In this document: piece after piece, positions 37,949-49,600 of the stretch
Numbering within the stretch: the first letter of the stretch is position 1
How the letters are laid out: each line of letters begins with the position of its first letter
Assembly (NCBI GenBank): GCA_021829835.1
Contig: JAKBPE010000005.1
Span: 1,700 to 65,699, forward strand
DNA: 64,000 nucleotides
Origin: a bacterium
GTDB lineage: Archaea > Micrarchaeota > Micrarchaeia > Micrarchaeales > CABMGC01
Reading direction: 5' to 3'
Notes under the pieces: model-generated
Told to the model about the DNA's origin: nothing
The model's input: only the letters and a program-made list of their open reading frames with translations
Database searches by the model: none
Made by a program: the position numbers and the translations under genes

Positions 37949-39811
37949 TTGCTTAGATCAGAACCAATGCAGAAAATCAGAATTATCTGCCTGAATTCCG
38001 ATAAAAAAAAGGTTGTTGCTGCTCTTCACAGGATGGGCATGCTTGATCTCAGGAAGAGTTCACTTTCTCTGGAAAACGATTCTCCCGAAGGATCTGTTTC
38101 TACGCTCTCCGACAGTATATTGAGCATTGAAGGAGCAATGAATGTCCTTGAAAAACAGAAAGTAACCAGGGAAAAGCACGGAAGTGTTGAGGAAGTGCTC
38201 GCCAGGGCAGATGCATGCAGAAAGACAACAGAAAAAATATACAGCCTTCTAAACAGAAAAAAGCAAGTAGAGGAGGACAACACGCTCTCCAATTATGCGC
38301 TCCGCGTCGCTGAACTTTTTAAAAAGATTAATATAGATTTTTCAAAGCTTAGGGGAGAGACTCTCGGATTTAAGGCCTTTGTCGGTGATGAGAGGCAGGT
38401 AGCCGTAGTAGAGTCAAATATAAGGAAGATGAAGGTAGAGCATGAATTCATAACTGAGAATGCAGGAAAGAAAGAGAAACTTATATTTATAGCTTATGAA
38501 AAAAACAGAAACATAGATGAAGCTTTCAAGAATGTGAAGCTTGAGGAGATTGACCTTCATGCAACATACATTGAAGGAAAACCCTTAAACATAATAGAGA
38601 AGATGAGTGATGCCAGAGAGAGAAATAAGAAGATTCTTGAAGGCATAGCTAATGAACTGAAAGAGATAAGCGTTAAGGAGTATTCAAAGCTTGCAAATAC
38701 CAAGGAAATGCTAGAAATAGAGAATTCTAGAGAGGAGGCTCTGCAGATGTTCAAAAAGACAGGCAAGGCAGTAGTGATAGAGGGATGGATACCTATCAAA
38801 AAGGAGGCAGAGCTCTCCAGAGTCGTCGGGCATGCTAGCGAGGGCAGATACGCCATAGAGAAGCTTAGCGGAAAGGATGAACTTGCCCCCACATATCTCA
38901 ACAGGCCCAAGATATTCAAGCCTTTTGACTTCCTCATGAATTTCTACTCTACCCCAAGAAGCGATGAGATAGACCCGACATGGATATTCATAATATCCTT
39001 CCCGATATTTTACGGATTGATGCTTAGCGATGTCGGATACGGACTTCTCTCCCTTGCTTTTGTAACATATGTGGCGAAGATAACCAATCCAGAGGGGCTT
39101 GTCCACAACACAGCAAAAATATGGCAGCTTACCTCCATATCCGCAATAATATTCGGTGTTTTGAGCAACCAGTATCTGGGTGTAGGATTGAATCAGTATT
39201 TCATACCATGGTTCCACGGATTCAACTGGTTCAGCAATGTGACCTCATTGATAGTAATAACAATATTGTTCGGAATAGTCCAGGTATGCCTTGGATTGAT
39301 GCTTGGATTCTTTAATAATATGAAGCATGGACATAGGAAACATGCACTTGCAAAGCTCTTCTCAATCGGAGTTGTCATACTTGGCACAGTAGCAATCGCA
39401 GGCGCATTCTTTGGGCTCTTTGCTGCAAATATAACAATAATTGCTGCAGTTGGGGCAGTGCTCTCAATAGTAGGCATTGTGGCATCAAACCCGGGAGAAG
39501 CAACAGAGATAACCAGCCTTGTAACTCATCCGCTAAGTTATTCAAGAATAATGGGATTCGGTCTTGCAAGTGTCATAATAGGCTTCCTTATAGACAAGGC
39601 ATTCATGCCAAGCCTGAGCCAGGGACCCTTTATAGTATTATACATAATAATATTCCTTGTGCTTCACTTCCTGAATATGATACTCGGAATATTTGAGGGA
39701 GCTGTACAGGCAGTGAGGCTTAATTTCATAGAGTTTTATACAAAGTTTTATACTGGAAGCGGAATAAAGTTCAACCCTTTCGCTTACAGAAGAGTTAATA
39801 CTGAAGAATAA
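37949..39811 (+). CDS. atpI: A-type ATP synthase subunit I (a)
   Basis: DEIDPT, FYGLMLSDVGYG, LSYSRI, RLNFIEFYTKFY. Confidence 0.95.
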   Translation: MLRSEPMQKIRIICLNSDKKKVVAALHRMGMLDLRKSSLSLENDSPEGSVSTLSDSILSIEGAMNVLEKQKVTREKHGSVEEVLARADACRKTTEKIYSLLNRKKQVEEDNTLSNYALRVAELFKKINIDFSKLRGETLGFKAFVGDERQVAVVESNIRKMKVEHEFITENAGKKEKLIFIAYEKNRNIDEAFKNVKLEEIDLHATYIEGKPLNIIEKMSDARERNKKILEGIANELKEISVKEYSKLANTKEMLEIENSREEALQMFKKTGKAVVIEGWIPIKKEAELSRVVGHASEGRYAIEKLSGKDELAPTYLNRPKIFKPFDFLMNFYSTPRSDEIDPTWIFIISFPIFYGLMLSDVGYGLLSLAFVTYVAKITNPEGLVHNTAKIWQLTSISAIIFGVLSNQYLGVGLNQYFIPWFHGFNWFSNVTSLIVITILFGIVQVCLGLMLGFFNNMKHGHRKHALAKLFSIGVVILGTVAIAGAFFGLFAANITIIAAVGAVLSIVGIVASNPGEATEITSLVTHPLSYSRIMGFGLASVIIGFLIDKAFMPSLSQGPFIVLYIIIFLVLHFLNMILGIFEGAVQAVRLNFIEFYTKFYTGSGIKFNPFAYRRVNTEE

Positions 39812-39821
39812 TGGTGAAAAC

Positions 39822-40064
39822 ATGGTAGTGTCATTATCGATAGGAACGGCAATAGCAGCAGTTGGAGCAGGCTTGGCGATACTCGGAGGGGCCATAGGTA
39901 CAGGAATGGCTCAGGCAGCAGTAGGATCTGCAGGTCTTGGTATGATAGCGGAGAAACCGGAGAGCACAGGAATTGCACTTCTCTTCTATGTGCTTCCTGA
40001 AACACTGCTCATATTCGGTTTCGTAGTCGCAATACTTATAATGCTCTCAGCAGGGCTCATATAG
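39822..40064 (+). CDS. atpK: A-type ATP synthase subunit K (c)
   Basis: Single hairpin, GTGMAQAAVG, LPETLLIFG. Confidence 0.95.
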   Translation: MVVSLSIGTAIAAVGAGLAILGGAIGTGMAQAAVGSAGLGMIAEKPESTGIALLFYVLPETLLIFGFVVAILIMLSAGLI

Positions 40065-40077
40065 CCAAGGTAGTAAG

Positions 40078-40683
40078 ATGCCTTTGGAGAATGTGAGAAA
40101 GAAGATCCTTGATGAGGCTGAGGAGACAGCTTCCAGAATAAAGGAAGAGGGCTCCTCAGAGGCTCACAGGATACTTTCCGAGGCTGAAGCGAGAGCCAAG
40201 GAGATAGAGCGCAAGGCACAGGAAGATGCCAATGCCGAAACAAGGAGAATGTTGAAAGAGCATGAGATTGCAATAGGGATAGAGATAGAGAGCATGCTTG
40301 CTGAGGCCAGGGGACTTGCTCTCGAGAGAGTTACAACAGATATTGCCTCAAGGATGAAAGGCATCCTTAAGGAGAAATACATGGAAGAGATGCTTGAATC
40401 TGGAATCTCCAAATTCGGTGAGGTTTACCCTGGCGAGATAGTTATTTTTGCATCTAAAAATAATCAGAAGCTTGTCGAGTCGCTGAAGAAAAAGGTAGTC
40501 GTCAAGAATCATGATGGAGAGGATATTCTCCTGAAGTCAAAGGATGGAAGCATGGCCTTAAGGATAAGCCCAGATGTCCTGATAGAAGATAACATAGATG
40601 TGGTAAGAAACATGGTCTCTGCAAGGCTCTTCGGTAACAAAAAAACCCGAAATGATGAAAGGACTGAAGAAGAAATGATATGA
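40078..40683 (+). CDS. atpE: A-type ATP synthase subunit E
   Basis: MPLENVRKKILDEAEE coiled coil; operon position. Confidence 0.85.
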   Translation: MPLENVRKKILDEAEETASRIKEEGSSEAHRILSEAEARAKEIERKAQEDANAETRRMLKEHEIAIGIEIESMLAEARGLALERVTTDIASRMKGILKEKYMEEMLESGISKFGEVYPGEIVIFASKNNQKLVESLKKKVVVKNHDGEDILLKSKDGSMALRISPDVLIEDNIDVVRNMVSARLFGNKKTRNDERTEEEMI

Positions 40684-40693
40684 TAGTGGTTTA

Positions 40694-41770
40694 TTGCCTG
40701 CAATTCTGAAGAATGCCAGAAAGTACGGATACTCTAGCGCTAGAGTAAATGCTATGAAATCCAGACTTCTTAGCCAGAAGAAACTGCAGGAGATATCCGG
40801 CAAGCGCGACATAAACGAAATAATATCCATGCTTTCTGATGAGGATTACAGGAAAGACCTTGAGGAATTCGAGGGAATGAAGTCAAAGTCCGAAATGGTT
40901 GAATTTGCTCTGAGCATGAACCTCGCCAGAAATCTCAGAAAGCTTGTAACGCTTGCCAAAGGAGATGACATAGAAATACTCAGAAGCATAACAGGCAGAT
41001 GGAGCATGCACAATATAAGGATAGCAATAGAGGCTAAGGATAGAAAGAAGGATTTTGATTCCATATCCAAGTATATGATAAATGTTGGGAGATATGGAAA
41101 CCTTGTCATAAAGGAGGCAATGCGCGAGGATTCTGTAGAATCTATGCTGCATAAGCTGATGATAAATTCACCATACAAGAAGATGCTTCAAGATGCCTCT
41201 GAGGCTTATGCAAAGACGCAGAATATCTTTGAGGCACTCTCAGCTATGGACAGGCGATACTACCAGAATATTGCAGAGCTCTCGGAGAAATTAGACAGTG
41301 AAGAACATTGGTCAGCTTCGAAAGTCATAAAGATGGAGATAGACATGAGGAATGTCCTTACAGCTATAAGGGCTAAAAAGGCAGGCATTAAACTGTCGGG
41401 CTTTTCTAGTCTGCTTATACAGAATGGAAACATCCCTAAGAATGAGATAGAGAACATTTACAACGGATCTAAGGATCTCTCGGAGATGGTCTTGCAGCTG
41501 AAGTTTTTCGACCTTGGGGATTCTTTGGCTTTTTACAATAACGACGAGTCGAAAAGGCTCCTTGTGTTCGAGGTAGGCATAAGAAGGGCGATGATAAAGA
41601 GCGCAGAGAAGTACACAGGACACAGGATACTCTCTTTTGCGACTATACTTTCCTACCTTTATATGAAGGAAGCTGAGGTTTATCTGCTGCGCATCATAGC
41701 CAATGGCAGCGAGTATGGCCTTGATAGTAAAGACATGAATATGCTGATAGGATGGAAAACGGCAGAATGA
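40694..41770 (+). CDS. atpC: A-type ATP synthase subunit C
   Basis: YGYSSARVNAMKSRLL, EIDMRNV, KEAEVYLLRII. Confidence 0.92.
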   Translation: MPAILKNARKYGYSSARVNAMKSRLLSQKKLQEISGKRDINEIISMLSDEDYRKDLEEFEGMKSKSEMVEFALSMNLARNLRKLVTLAKGDDIEILRSITGRWSMHNIRIAIEAKDRKKDFDSISKYMINVGRYGNLVIKEAMREDSVESMLHKLMINSPYKKMLQDASEAYAKTQNIFEALSAMDRRYYQNIAELSEKLDSEEHWSASKVIKMEIDMRNVLTAIRAKKAGIKLSGFSSLLIQNGNIPKNEIENIYNGSKDLSEMVLQLKFFDLGDSLAFYNNDESKRLLVFEVGIRRAMIKSAEKYTGHRILSFATILSYLYMKEAEVYLLRIIANGSEYGLDSKDMNMLIGWKTAE

Positions 41771-42099
41771 ATAGTAAATATAAGATAGCCGTGATAGGCA
41801 GGCCTGAGCTTACACTAGGATTCAGGCTTAGCGGCACACCCATATCATATGATGCGGAAGGAGGCGAAGATGCAGAAAATGCAGTAAGAGAGTTGATGCA
41901 GAATAATGAGATAGGCCTTGTGATAATACCTACAGTGCTTGCAAGAAAAATAAAAGACAAGAAGATACTGAATATTATAGAAAGCAGCATTTCACCCATA
42001 TTTGTCGAGATACCGGAATATGGAGATGAGAAGAGCGCAGACACATTGAGAAAGCTTATAATCAGGGCAATTGGAATAGACATAGCCGGTAAAAAATAA
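41767..42099 (+). CDS. atpF: A-type ATP synthase subunit F
   Basis: KIAVIG...GFRLSG, RAIGIDI. Confidence 0.93.
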   Translation: MNSKYKIAVIGRPELTLGFRLSGTPISYDAEGGEDAENAVRELMQNNEIGLVIIPTVLARKIKDKKILNIIESSISPIFVEIPEYGDEKSADTLRKLIIRAIGIDIAGKK

Positions 42100-42114
42100 T
42101 AAAAAGTGTATGTT

Positions 42115-43887
42115 ATGGGAGCAATCAAGAGAATTTCAGGTCCTTTGGTGATAGCCAAAGAAATGACGGGCAGCGGCATGTATGACGTAGTACATGTAGG
42201 AAACACAAACCTTATAGGCGAGATAATACAGCTCAAAGGAGACGATGCCGTAATTCAGGTATATGAGGACACTACAGGATTGAGGCCTGGAGAGAAAGTG
42301 ACTTCTACAGGACTTCCATTCTCTGTGGAGCTGGGTCCGGGAATACTCAGCAATATTTATGATGGAATACAGAGACCGCTCAGCGCTATAGAAAAGAGCA
42401 GTGGTATATTCATAGCAAAAGGAGTCATAGCTGCGCCTTTGGATAGAAAGAAGAAGTGGAAGTTTGAGAAGGAAGCTGGAATTAAAAAGGGTTCCAAGGT
42501 ATCTTCCGGAACCATAATAGGACATGTACAGGAGACAGAACTCATAAAGCATTATATAATGATCCCTAATGGAATAGAAGGAAGTATAGAGAGCATTGAA
42601 TCCGGAAGCTTTACAATAGAGGATATAATCGCTGAAGTTGATACTGGGAACGGGAAGAAGGCAGGAATAAATATGATGCAGACAAGGGCCGTGAGGATTC
42701 CTTCGCCTATAAAGAGCAAATATAGAGTGGATGAGGCTCTGAAGACAGGAACAAGAATAGTCGATACATTTTTCCCCATAGCGAAAGGAGGAACTGCGGC
42801 AGTGCCTGGGCCTTTCGGCAGCGGGAAGACTGTCCTGCAGCAGAGCTTGGCAAAATATTCTGATGCCGATATAGTCATATATACAGGATGTGGGGAGAGG
42901 GGCAACGAGATGACAGACGTTCTTGTCGAATTCCCTGAGCTTAAAGACCCGTCTACGGGAAGGCCGCTTATGGAAAGGACCATACTCATAGCAAACACCT
43001 CCAATATGCCAGTAGCTGCAAGAGAGGCAAGCATCTATGCCGGAATAACAATAGCGGAGTACTTCAGGGATATGGGATACAATGTTGCAATGATGGCAGA
43101 CTCCACTTCAAGATGGGCTGAGGCAATGCGAGAGATATCTGCAAGGCTTGAAGAGATGCCTGGAGAGGAAGGATATCCGGCATATCTGCCGAAGAGGCTT
43201 GCTGAGTTCTACGAAAGAAGCGGAAAGGTAGAAGCATTGAATGGAAAGACAGGCTCGGTTACAATAATAGGTGCAGTCTCGCCTACCGGAGGAGACATAA
43301 CCGAACCGGTATCACAGGGAACGCTTAAGGTAGTCAAGACCTTCTGGGCTCTGGATGCCTCACTGGCACAGCAGAAGCATTTCCCTTCAATAAACTGGCT
43401 AAACAGCTATTCGTTGTACCTTGATCCTCTTGAAAATTGGTATAAGGAAGAGATGGGTGAGGAATTCATAGAAGACAGGAAAGATGCTATGCGCCTCCTG
43501 CAGCGCGAAGCTGAGCTTAAGGACATAGTCCAGCTTGTAGGAGAAGATGCGCTGCCTGATTCCGAGAGAGTTATTCTTGAGATAGGGAAGATGCTCAGGG
43601 AGGACTATCTGAGGCAGAGCGCGTTTGATGAAATAGACGCATCGACAAGCCTGAAGAAGCAGAAAGTCATGCTCTCTACTATACTCCACTTCTCCAGATC
43701 TGCAGAAAACGCAGTGGAAAAGGGAGTTTCTGTTGAATCGATTGCAAAGATGAAGGTTAAGGCAGATATATCAAGAATAAAAGGAGTCTCTGAAAGTGAT
43801 ATAGAGAATGCAGGAAAGAAAATAAATGAGCACATAAAGTCTGAAATAGATGCACTCATTAAAGATGAATCAGGGGAGGGCAAATAG
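42115..43887 (+). CDS. atpA: A-type ATP synthase subunit A
   Basis: [27 protein letters not shown]; no intein. Confidence 0.98.
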   Translation: MGAIKRISGPLVIAKEMTGSGMYDVVHVGNTNLIGEIIQLKGDDAVIQVYEDTTGLRPGEKVTSTGLPFSVELGPGILSNIYDGIQRPLSAIEKSSGIFIAKGVIAAPLDRKKKWKFEKEAGIKKGSKVSSGTIIGHVQETELIKHYIMIPNGIEGSIESIESGSFTIEDIIAEVDTGNGKKAGINMMQTRAVRIPSPIKSKYRVDEALKTGTRIVDTFFPIAKGGTAAVPGPFGSGKTVLQQSLAKYSDADIVIYTGCGERGNEMTDVLVEFPELKDPSTGRPLMERTILIANTSNMPVAAREASIYAGITIAEYFRDMGYNVAMMADSTSRWAEAMREISARLEEMPGEEGYPAYLPKRLAEFYERSGKVEALNGKTGSVTIIGAVSPTGGDITEPVSQGTLKVVKTFWALDASLAQQKHFPSINWLNSYSLYLDPLENWYKEEMGEEFIEDRKDAMRLLQREAELKDIVQLVGEDALPDSERVILEIGKMLREDYLRQSAFDEIDASTSLKKQKVMLSTILHFSRSAENAVEKGVSVESIAKMKVKADISRIKGVSESDIENAGKKINEHIKSEIDALIKDESGEGK

Positions 43888-43895
43888 GTGATATT

Positions 43896-45275
43896 ATGGA
43901 TTTCAAAGTAGAATACAATACAATAGAAAGCGTGGCTGGGCCCCTAGTAGTGGTAGGTAAGGTAGGGAATGCAAGCTATGGCGAGATAGTCAGGATAACA
44001 CTTTCTAGCGGAGAGAGCAGGCTGGGGCAGGTTCTCGATACTAGTGAAAAGTATGCGGTTGTCCAGGTATTTGGAAGGACAGACGGGATAAATATAAACA
44101 AGACATCGGTTACCTTCCTGGGCGAGACATTCAGGGTCGGAGTCAGCGATGATATGCTTGGCAGAATATTCAACGGACATGGAGACCCGATAGACATAAA
44201 GACAGGCATATCGTACAAGGAAAAGAGAGACATAAACGGGGAGCCTATAAATCCGGTTGCCAGAAGGATGCCGAGCGACTTTATAGAGACAGGGATATCA
44301 TCGATAGATGGATTGTTCACTCTTGTAAGGGGACAGAAACTGCCTATATTCTCAGGATCTGGGCTTCCGCACAATGAGATAGCCGCGCAGATAACAAGGC
44401 AGGCAAGCGTGAAGAACCAGAGTGAGGAGTTCGCAGTGGTCTTCGCAGGAATCGGGCTCATGAACGATGACGCTGCATACTTTATAGATGAATTCAGAAA
44501 GACAGGGGCGCTTTCCAGAACTGTGGCTTTCATAAATCTTGCAAACGACCCCAGCATTGAAAGAATACTGACGCCAAGGCTCGCCTTGACTGTTGCCGAG
44601 TATCTTGCATATGATAAAGGCATGCATGTTTTAGTCATATTGACAGACATGACTAACTACTGCGAAGCGTTGAGAGAATTGTCCAGCGCAAGGGAAGAGG
44701 TTCCCGGAAGGAGAGGATACCCAGGATACATGTACACAGACCTTGCAGGAATATATGAAAGGGCAGGAGTAGTAAACGGCAAGAAAGGAAGCATAACACA
44801 GTTAGACATATTGACAATGCCGAGCGACGACGTAACGCATCCGATACCTGACCTTACAGGATACATAACTGAAGGGCAGATATATGTAAACAGGGAATTG
44901 AAAAACAGAGGGATATATCCTCCGATAACCCCACTCGGATCTCTTTCAAGGCTGATGAACAATGGCATAGGAAAGGGCAAGACAAGGGAAGACCATAAGG
45001 GAGTATCTGACCAGTTGTACGGCGCCTATGCAAGATCTCAGGAGGCAAGGAGCCTGAGTTCAATAGTAGGAGCAGAGGCCTTGTCTGAAAGCGATAGGAG
45101 ATATCTCAAATTCGGCGAATTGTTTGAAAGAAAGTTTATAGGCCAGGGACTTTATGAAAGGAGAACAATAGAAGAGACGCTCTCAATAGGATGGGATCTT
45201 CTCTCACAGCTTCCCGAATCCGAATTGAGCAGAATAAAGGAAGAATACATCAAGATGTATTACAAGAAAAAATAG
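43896..45275 (+). CDS. atpB: A-type ATP synthase subunit B
   Basis: [41 protein letters not shown]. Confidence 0.98.
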   Translation: MDFKVEYNTIESVAGPLVVVGKVGNASYGEIVRITLSSGESRLGQVLDTSEKYAVVQVFGRTDGININKTSVTFLGETFRVGVSDDMLGRIFNGHGDPIDIKTGISYKEKRDINGEPINPVARRMPSDFIETGISSIDGLFTLVRGQKLPIFSGSGLPHNEIAAQITRQASVKNQSEEFAVVFAGIGLMNDDAAYFIDEFRKTGALSRTVAFINLANDPSIERILTPRLALTVAEYLAYDKGMHVLVILTDMTNYCEALRELSSAREEVPGRRGYPGYMYTDLAGIYERAGVVNGKKGSITQLDILTMPSDDVTHPIPDLTGYITEGQIYVNRELKNRGIYPPITPLGSLSRLMNNGIGKGKTREDHKGVSDQLYGAYARSQEARSLSSIVGAEALSESDRRYLKFGELFERKFIGQGLYERRTIEETLSIGWDLLSQLPESELSRIKEEYIKMYYKKK

Positions 45276-45285
45276 CAGTGGAAAA

Positions 45286-45912
45286 ATGGCAGAGAGAATA
45301 ACACCTACAAGAATGAATCTTATAGCCACGAAGAGAAGGACAGCGATAGCTAAAAAGGGCCATTCTATACTCAAGAAGAAGAGAGAGGTACTTGTGCTTG
45401 AATTCCTCAAGCTTCTCAAGAACACCGGGAATGATCGCGACAGAATGTATGATATACTCCAAAAAGCATACCAGATACTTGGCACTGGATATGCTTATGC
45501 AGGGAGCATCGAGCTTGAAGAGGCTGCAGATTATGTTAAGGAGTATGGAAGCATAGGCATCTCTGTCAAGAATATCATGGGCGTTAGGGTTCCCGAGATA
45601 GACAAGGGAGAGAGCGAAGTGGCAGTAATGCTCAATATGCTCTCGGCAAGCGTCGCGGTTGATGATATAAATGAATCGTTCACCAATGCGCTAGAATCGA
45701 TAATAAATGTTGCCCAGAGAGAACAGGGCCTAAGACGCATCGTATTGGAGATAGAGAAGACCAAACGCAGGGTGAATGCCATGGATTACATAGTTATCCC
45801 GAGGTATAATGCACAGGCTAAGTACATATCTACAAGGCTTGAGGAGATGAACAGGGATACCTTCTCTGCATTGAAGCACGTGAAAAAGAAGCTTTCGAAG
45901 GAGAGTAGATGA
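45286..45912 (+). CDS. atpD: A-type ATP synthase subunit D
   Basis: PTRMNL, GHSILKKKR, KTKRRVNA. Confidence 0.95.
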   Translation: MAERITPTRMNLIATKRRTAIAKKGHSILKKKREVLVLEFLKLLKNTGNDRDRMYDILQKAYQILGTGYAYAGSIELEEAADYVKEYGSIGISVKNIMGVRVPEIDKGESEVAVMLNMLSASVAVDDINESFTNALESIINVAQREQGLRRIVLEIEKTKRRVNAMDYIVIPRYNAQAKYISTRLEEMNRDTFSALKHVKKKLSKESR

Positions 45913-46577
45913 GCAATGCCTGCCTTTTTAGCGGAGGCAAAGATTCTACCCTTGCACTGCATAAGGTAATAGGATCAGGCATAGACATAGACTTATTGAT
46001 AACAATGCTTCCGGAAAGCAGGGAAAGCTACATGTTTCATTATCCTAATCTGAAATTTACAGGATTGCTTGCTGAAACTCTTGGAATAAAGCAGGTCTTT
46101 GCCGAGACTAAAGGCGTAAAAGAGGAAGAGCTTAATGATCTTGAAAAGGTTCTCTTTGATAATGATGTAAGAGTATTGGTGACAGGTGCGACATACAGCA
46201 GATACCAGTTGGACAGAATAAGCAGAATATGTGAAAAACTTGGTATAGAATGTATCTCGCCGCTGTGGCATATAGAGCCACTTAGAGAGCTTGAAGAACT
46301 CTCAAAAAATTTTGAGGTAATAATAACCTCAGTTGCGGCTGATGGCTTTGATGATTCGTATCTGGGAGCCAGAATAGACGACAAAATGATAGAAAAGCTC
46401 ATAGTCCTTAACCAGAAATACAACATAAATATGCTTTTCGAAGGAGGAGAAGCTGAAAGTTTTGTGCTTAATGCTCCGCTTTTCAAGAAGAAAATAAGAA
46501 TAGAGAAAGCAGAAAAGAAATGGGAAGGCAGCCGAGGTTTTTATAACATAGAGAAAGCCATACTTGTTTCCAAATGA
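45909..46577 (+). CDS. dph6: Diphthine-ammonia ligase (PP-loop)
   Basis: FSGGKDS, SYMFHYPN, PLWH, EGGEAES. Confidence 0.9.
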   Translation: MSNACLFSGGKDSTLALHKVIGSGIDIDLLITMLPESRESYMFHYPNLKFTGLLAETLGIKQVFAETKGVKEEELNDLEKVLFDNDVRVLVTGATYSRYQLDRISRICEKLGIECISPLWHIEPLRELEELSKNFEVIITSVAADGFDDSYLGARIDDKMIEKLIVLNQKYNINMLFEGGEAESFVLNAPLFKKKIRIEKAEKKWEGSRGFYNIEKAILVSK

Positions 46578-46619
46578 AAAAAATAGGTTTAGTTTCCAGG
46601 CGCTTTGATTAGATGACTC

Positions 46620-49600
46620 TTAGTATTTTTGATCAGACACACTTATATTGCTGTTTTCCGGATTGAGTTGTTCATTACCTGAAATGTTCTCCTTCTTTTT
46701 CTTATCCTTTAGCATTGTTATATGTATGACATATATTAGAATCGCTGCAATTGCTACAACCAAGATGGATATCTCAATCTTTTTCTTTTCTTGTGATGAT
46801 TGCGATGAAGGCGTACTTGTTGAAGAATTCATGGAGATATTGACTGAAGTTGTATTCACAGTCTTCTTTATTGCAGTAGTGTTGGTTTTCGACACATTCG
46901 TAGTAGATGGTTTCGATTTGGGCACATTCGACTTCATCAATGCAAGAAGAATATCCTTAGGAATCTGGAATGATATTGTGCAGAGCTTTGAGTTTATGGT
47001 GAAATTGGTTATCATCTTCCAGGAATTGCCTGAGTATTCGAATGGGAATGTCTCGTTCTGAGGCATGCCGCATGAGTAGTGGAGATTTGCATTTATTGAA
47101 ATGTTTGAGTATTGTGGATACGTAATATTGAGAACATATAGCTTCGTATATTCGGAAGGAGGAGCTGGAGATTCCTGTGTGGAATTCGTTATGGAGATTA
47201 ATGCGGATGAAGGGATTGCTTTGGTTGGATTTATTGCAAATACAGATGATTCCTTTTCGTAGTTTATTATGCTCTGATGGCCTTTCGTAGAATTGATTGT
47301 GATTGAGAGATTGCTGTTTGTTGAATTGTATAATGTTATAGATCTGCCTGTGTTTTCGATGTTTGGAAGCGTTGTTACATTTAGTATCTTCTTGCCTGGA
47401 AGCGGTACAACGCATACATTTGATGCGATTGTATGCACAGCAGGTATGTAGGAGATATTAAGCAGTCTTATTATGTAGTCGTATGATGCAGTGCCTCCTA
47501 TTATCTCTGTGGAGTTAGGCGAGAGAGTATACTGCAGGCCGTCTATTGTGATTCCCGTATCTGTAGGCGATATGTAATTGGCGCGTATGTTGAAGGATTT
47601 TCCGGTAAAGTTCACTATAGCGAAATCTGGGTTTGTAAGATTTGTTACCAGATAACATGTTGAATTTAGGTTTATTACAGATGGTTTGAATGTTCCTCCT
47701 CCACCTGCTCCGGCGGTCCCTGAGCCTGAAGAGCCACTGCTACCTGAACTGCCACTGCCTCCACCACCTCCTCCGCCGCCGTTGGATGGTGGAGGTGTAG
47801 ACGCACTACTTACTGTTATTTCAGTTGTCTGTGAATATGTGTTATAACCTGCAGAGTCAGTGACTTCTAGGCAATAATATGCAGTAGAGGATGGTGTTGC
47901 GGTATAACTACTTGTGTTGGTGCCGGATATCTGCGAATCAGATGTACATGAGGAAGATGGTCCTGAGATCCATGTGTATGTGTAAGGAGGTGTACCGCCT
48001 GAGACTGAAGATGTGAAAGTAAGGCTCTGCCCTGTTGTTATGGACTGTTGTGTAGATGGAGATATTGAGACAGATATGGGTGTGTCACTTGCATATACAC
48101 CTACAACAGGATCTGCGGTTACATTGAATTGGAGTGTACATGCAGTAGTATTTTGTTTGAAGGATGGGACGTTTGTCCATGAGCCCGATTCTAATAGATA
48201 AGGCTCTGGAGATATATCATTGCAGGTGTATGGAATAGTTATATTGTAATTAAATTGATAGTTCTGTGAGTTTGAACCACTTACATTTATTATAAGTATC
48301 TTTATTTTTTTGTCTGTTGGGAAAGGAATTGAAAGATATGAACTATTAAAACTCAGGTTTTGTATAGTTATCTTTTCAGATACTGAACCAGAGAATTTAG
48401 GCACCAATTTTATAATGGATTTTGCATCTGTATAATTAAATGCAAATGTAGTATTGGAATTTATATCTTCAGTGTAGGTGGAATTTTCATTTGAATCTGT
48501 TATAGGATGGACGTAGGTAGTGTATGTTGTAGAATTGAATTGGTAACCATTATTGCCATTGTCTACCGCGTCTGCTTTGAATGAGTATGTTCCAATTTGA
48601 TTTGGAAGATAGTAGAGAAGAGCTGAACCTCCTGGAGATGAGATAGTATTTGTTGAGACTACTACGCCGTTGTAGATTAGGTTTACAGTGAATGGGCCTA
48701 CCCCTGCCGATGATATCTGTGACTTCAGGATTATTGGATTTCCTATTTGTGTTCCTGATGCATTGGAAGTAAGAGTGACATATGGTGCAGTAGTTACTGT
48801 TACGGTTGCGGCCGAAGAACATTCCCTGTTAGGCAGTGTCGCGGAATCTGATACTTGATATGTATATGAGTTAGTAGTAGTTGGAGTTACAGTATAACTC
48901 TGCGATGAGACTCCAGGAACCAGATATGCCGAATTGCAGGATGGATTGGACCCTTCCTCTGAATACCAGGAATAAGAATATGGAGTTGTGCCTCCTGAAG
49001 GATTCGCAGTTAGGGTTACACTCTCACCTGGATTTATGCTTGATGCTGTTGAAGATATGCTTCCAGGGGACAATGCAGAATCAACAGTTATACTGTCAAC
49101 TGAAGAACATTTTGATGTTCCTGAAGAATCAGTAACTTCGTATGAATATGAAGATGCAGATGTTGGAGATATGGTGTATGTGCTTCCGGTTGCGCCAGAG
49201 ATAGGAGTTGAGCACGACGCGCCGGAATACCATTGATATGTATATGGAAACACGCCGCCTGAAGCCGTAGAGAAGAGAGTTATACTCTGGCCTAAGTCAA
49301 TTATTGGATTTGAAGGAGAGATTGGTCCTGCCGAGAGGGAGAGTGACTGGTTAAATCCAGTTATGGCAAAATCTTGCGGTTCGTCTGTAAATGCACTTCT
49401 GTTATATGCAGAGGATATTAGGGAATAGTTAGACATAAGCCAATTGTATGCCTGCAAGGCAGTTGCGTTTCCATCTACAGCATATATAGCTGCAGACATG
49501 CCTGCGGCAAGTTGTTCATAGCCGACTAGGTTTTCATTAGTCTGGTAGCCGTTGTATGTAGATGTACCTATACTTCCGTTAGATATGTCAGCATTCCATA

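Noticed and set aside
43976-44650. Long antisense ORFs in atpB (also 59536..60216 and 61504..62181)
   Set aside because: Opposite well-supported genes; codon-bias shadows
47700-47800. GC-rich low-complexity tract (similar one at 63490-63620)
   Set aside because: Encodes Gly/Ser linkers within proteins; not an independent repeat element
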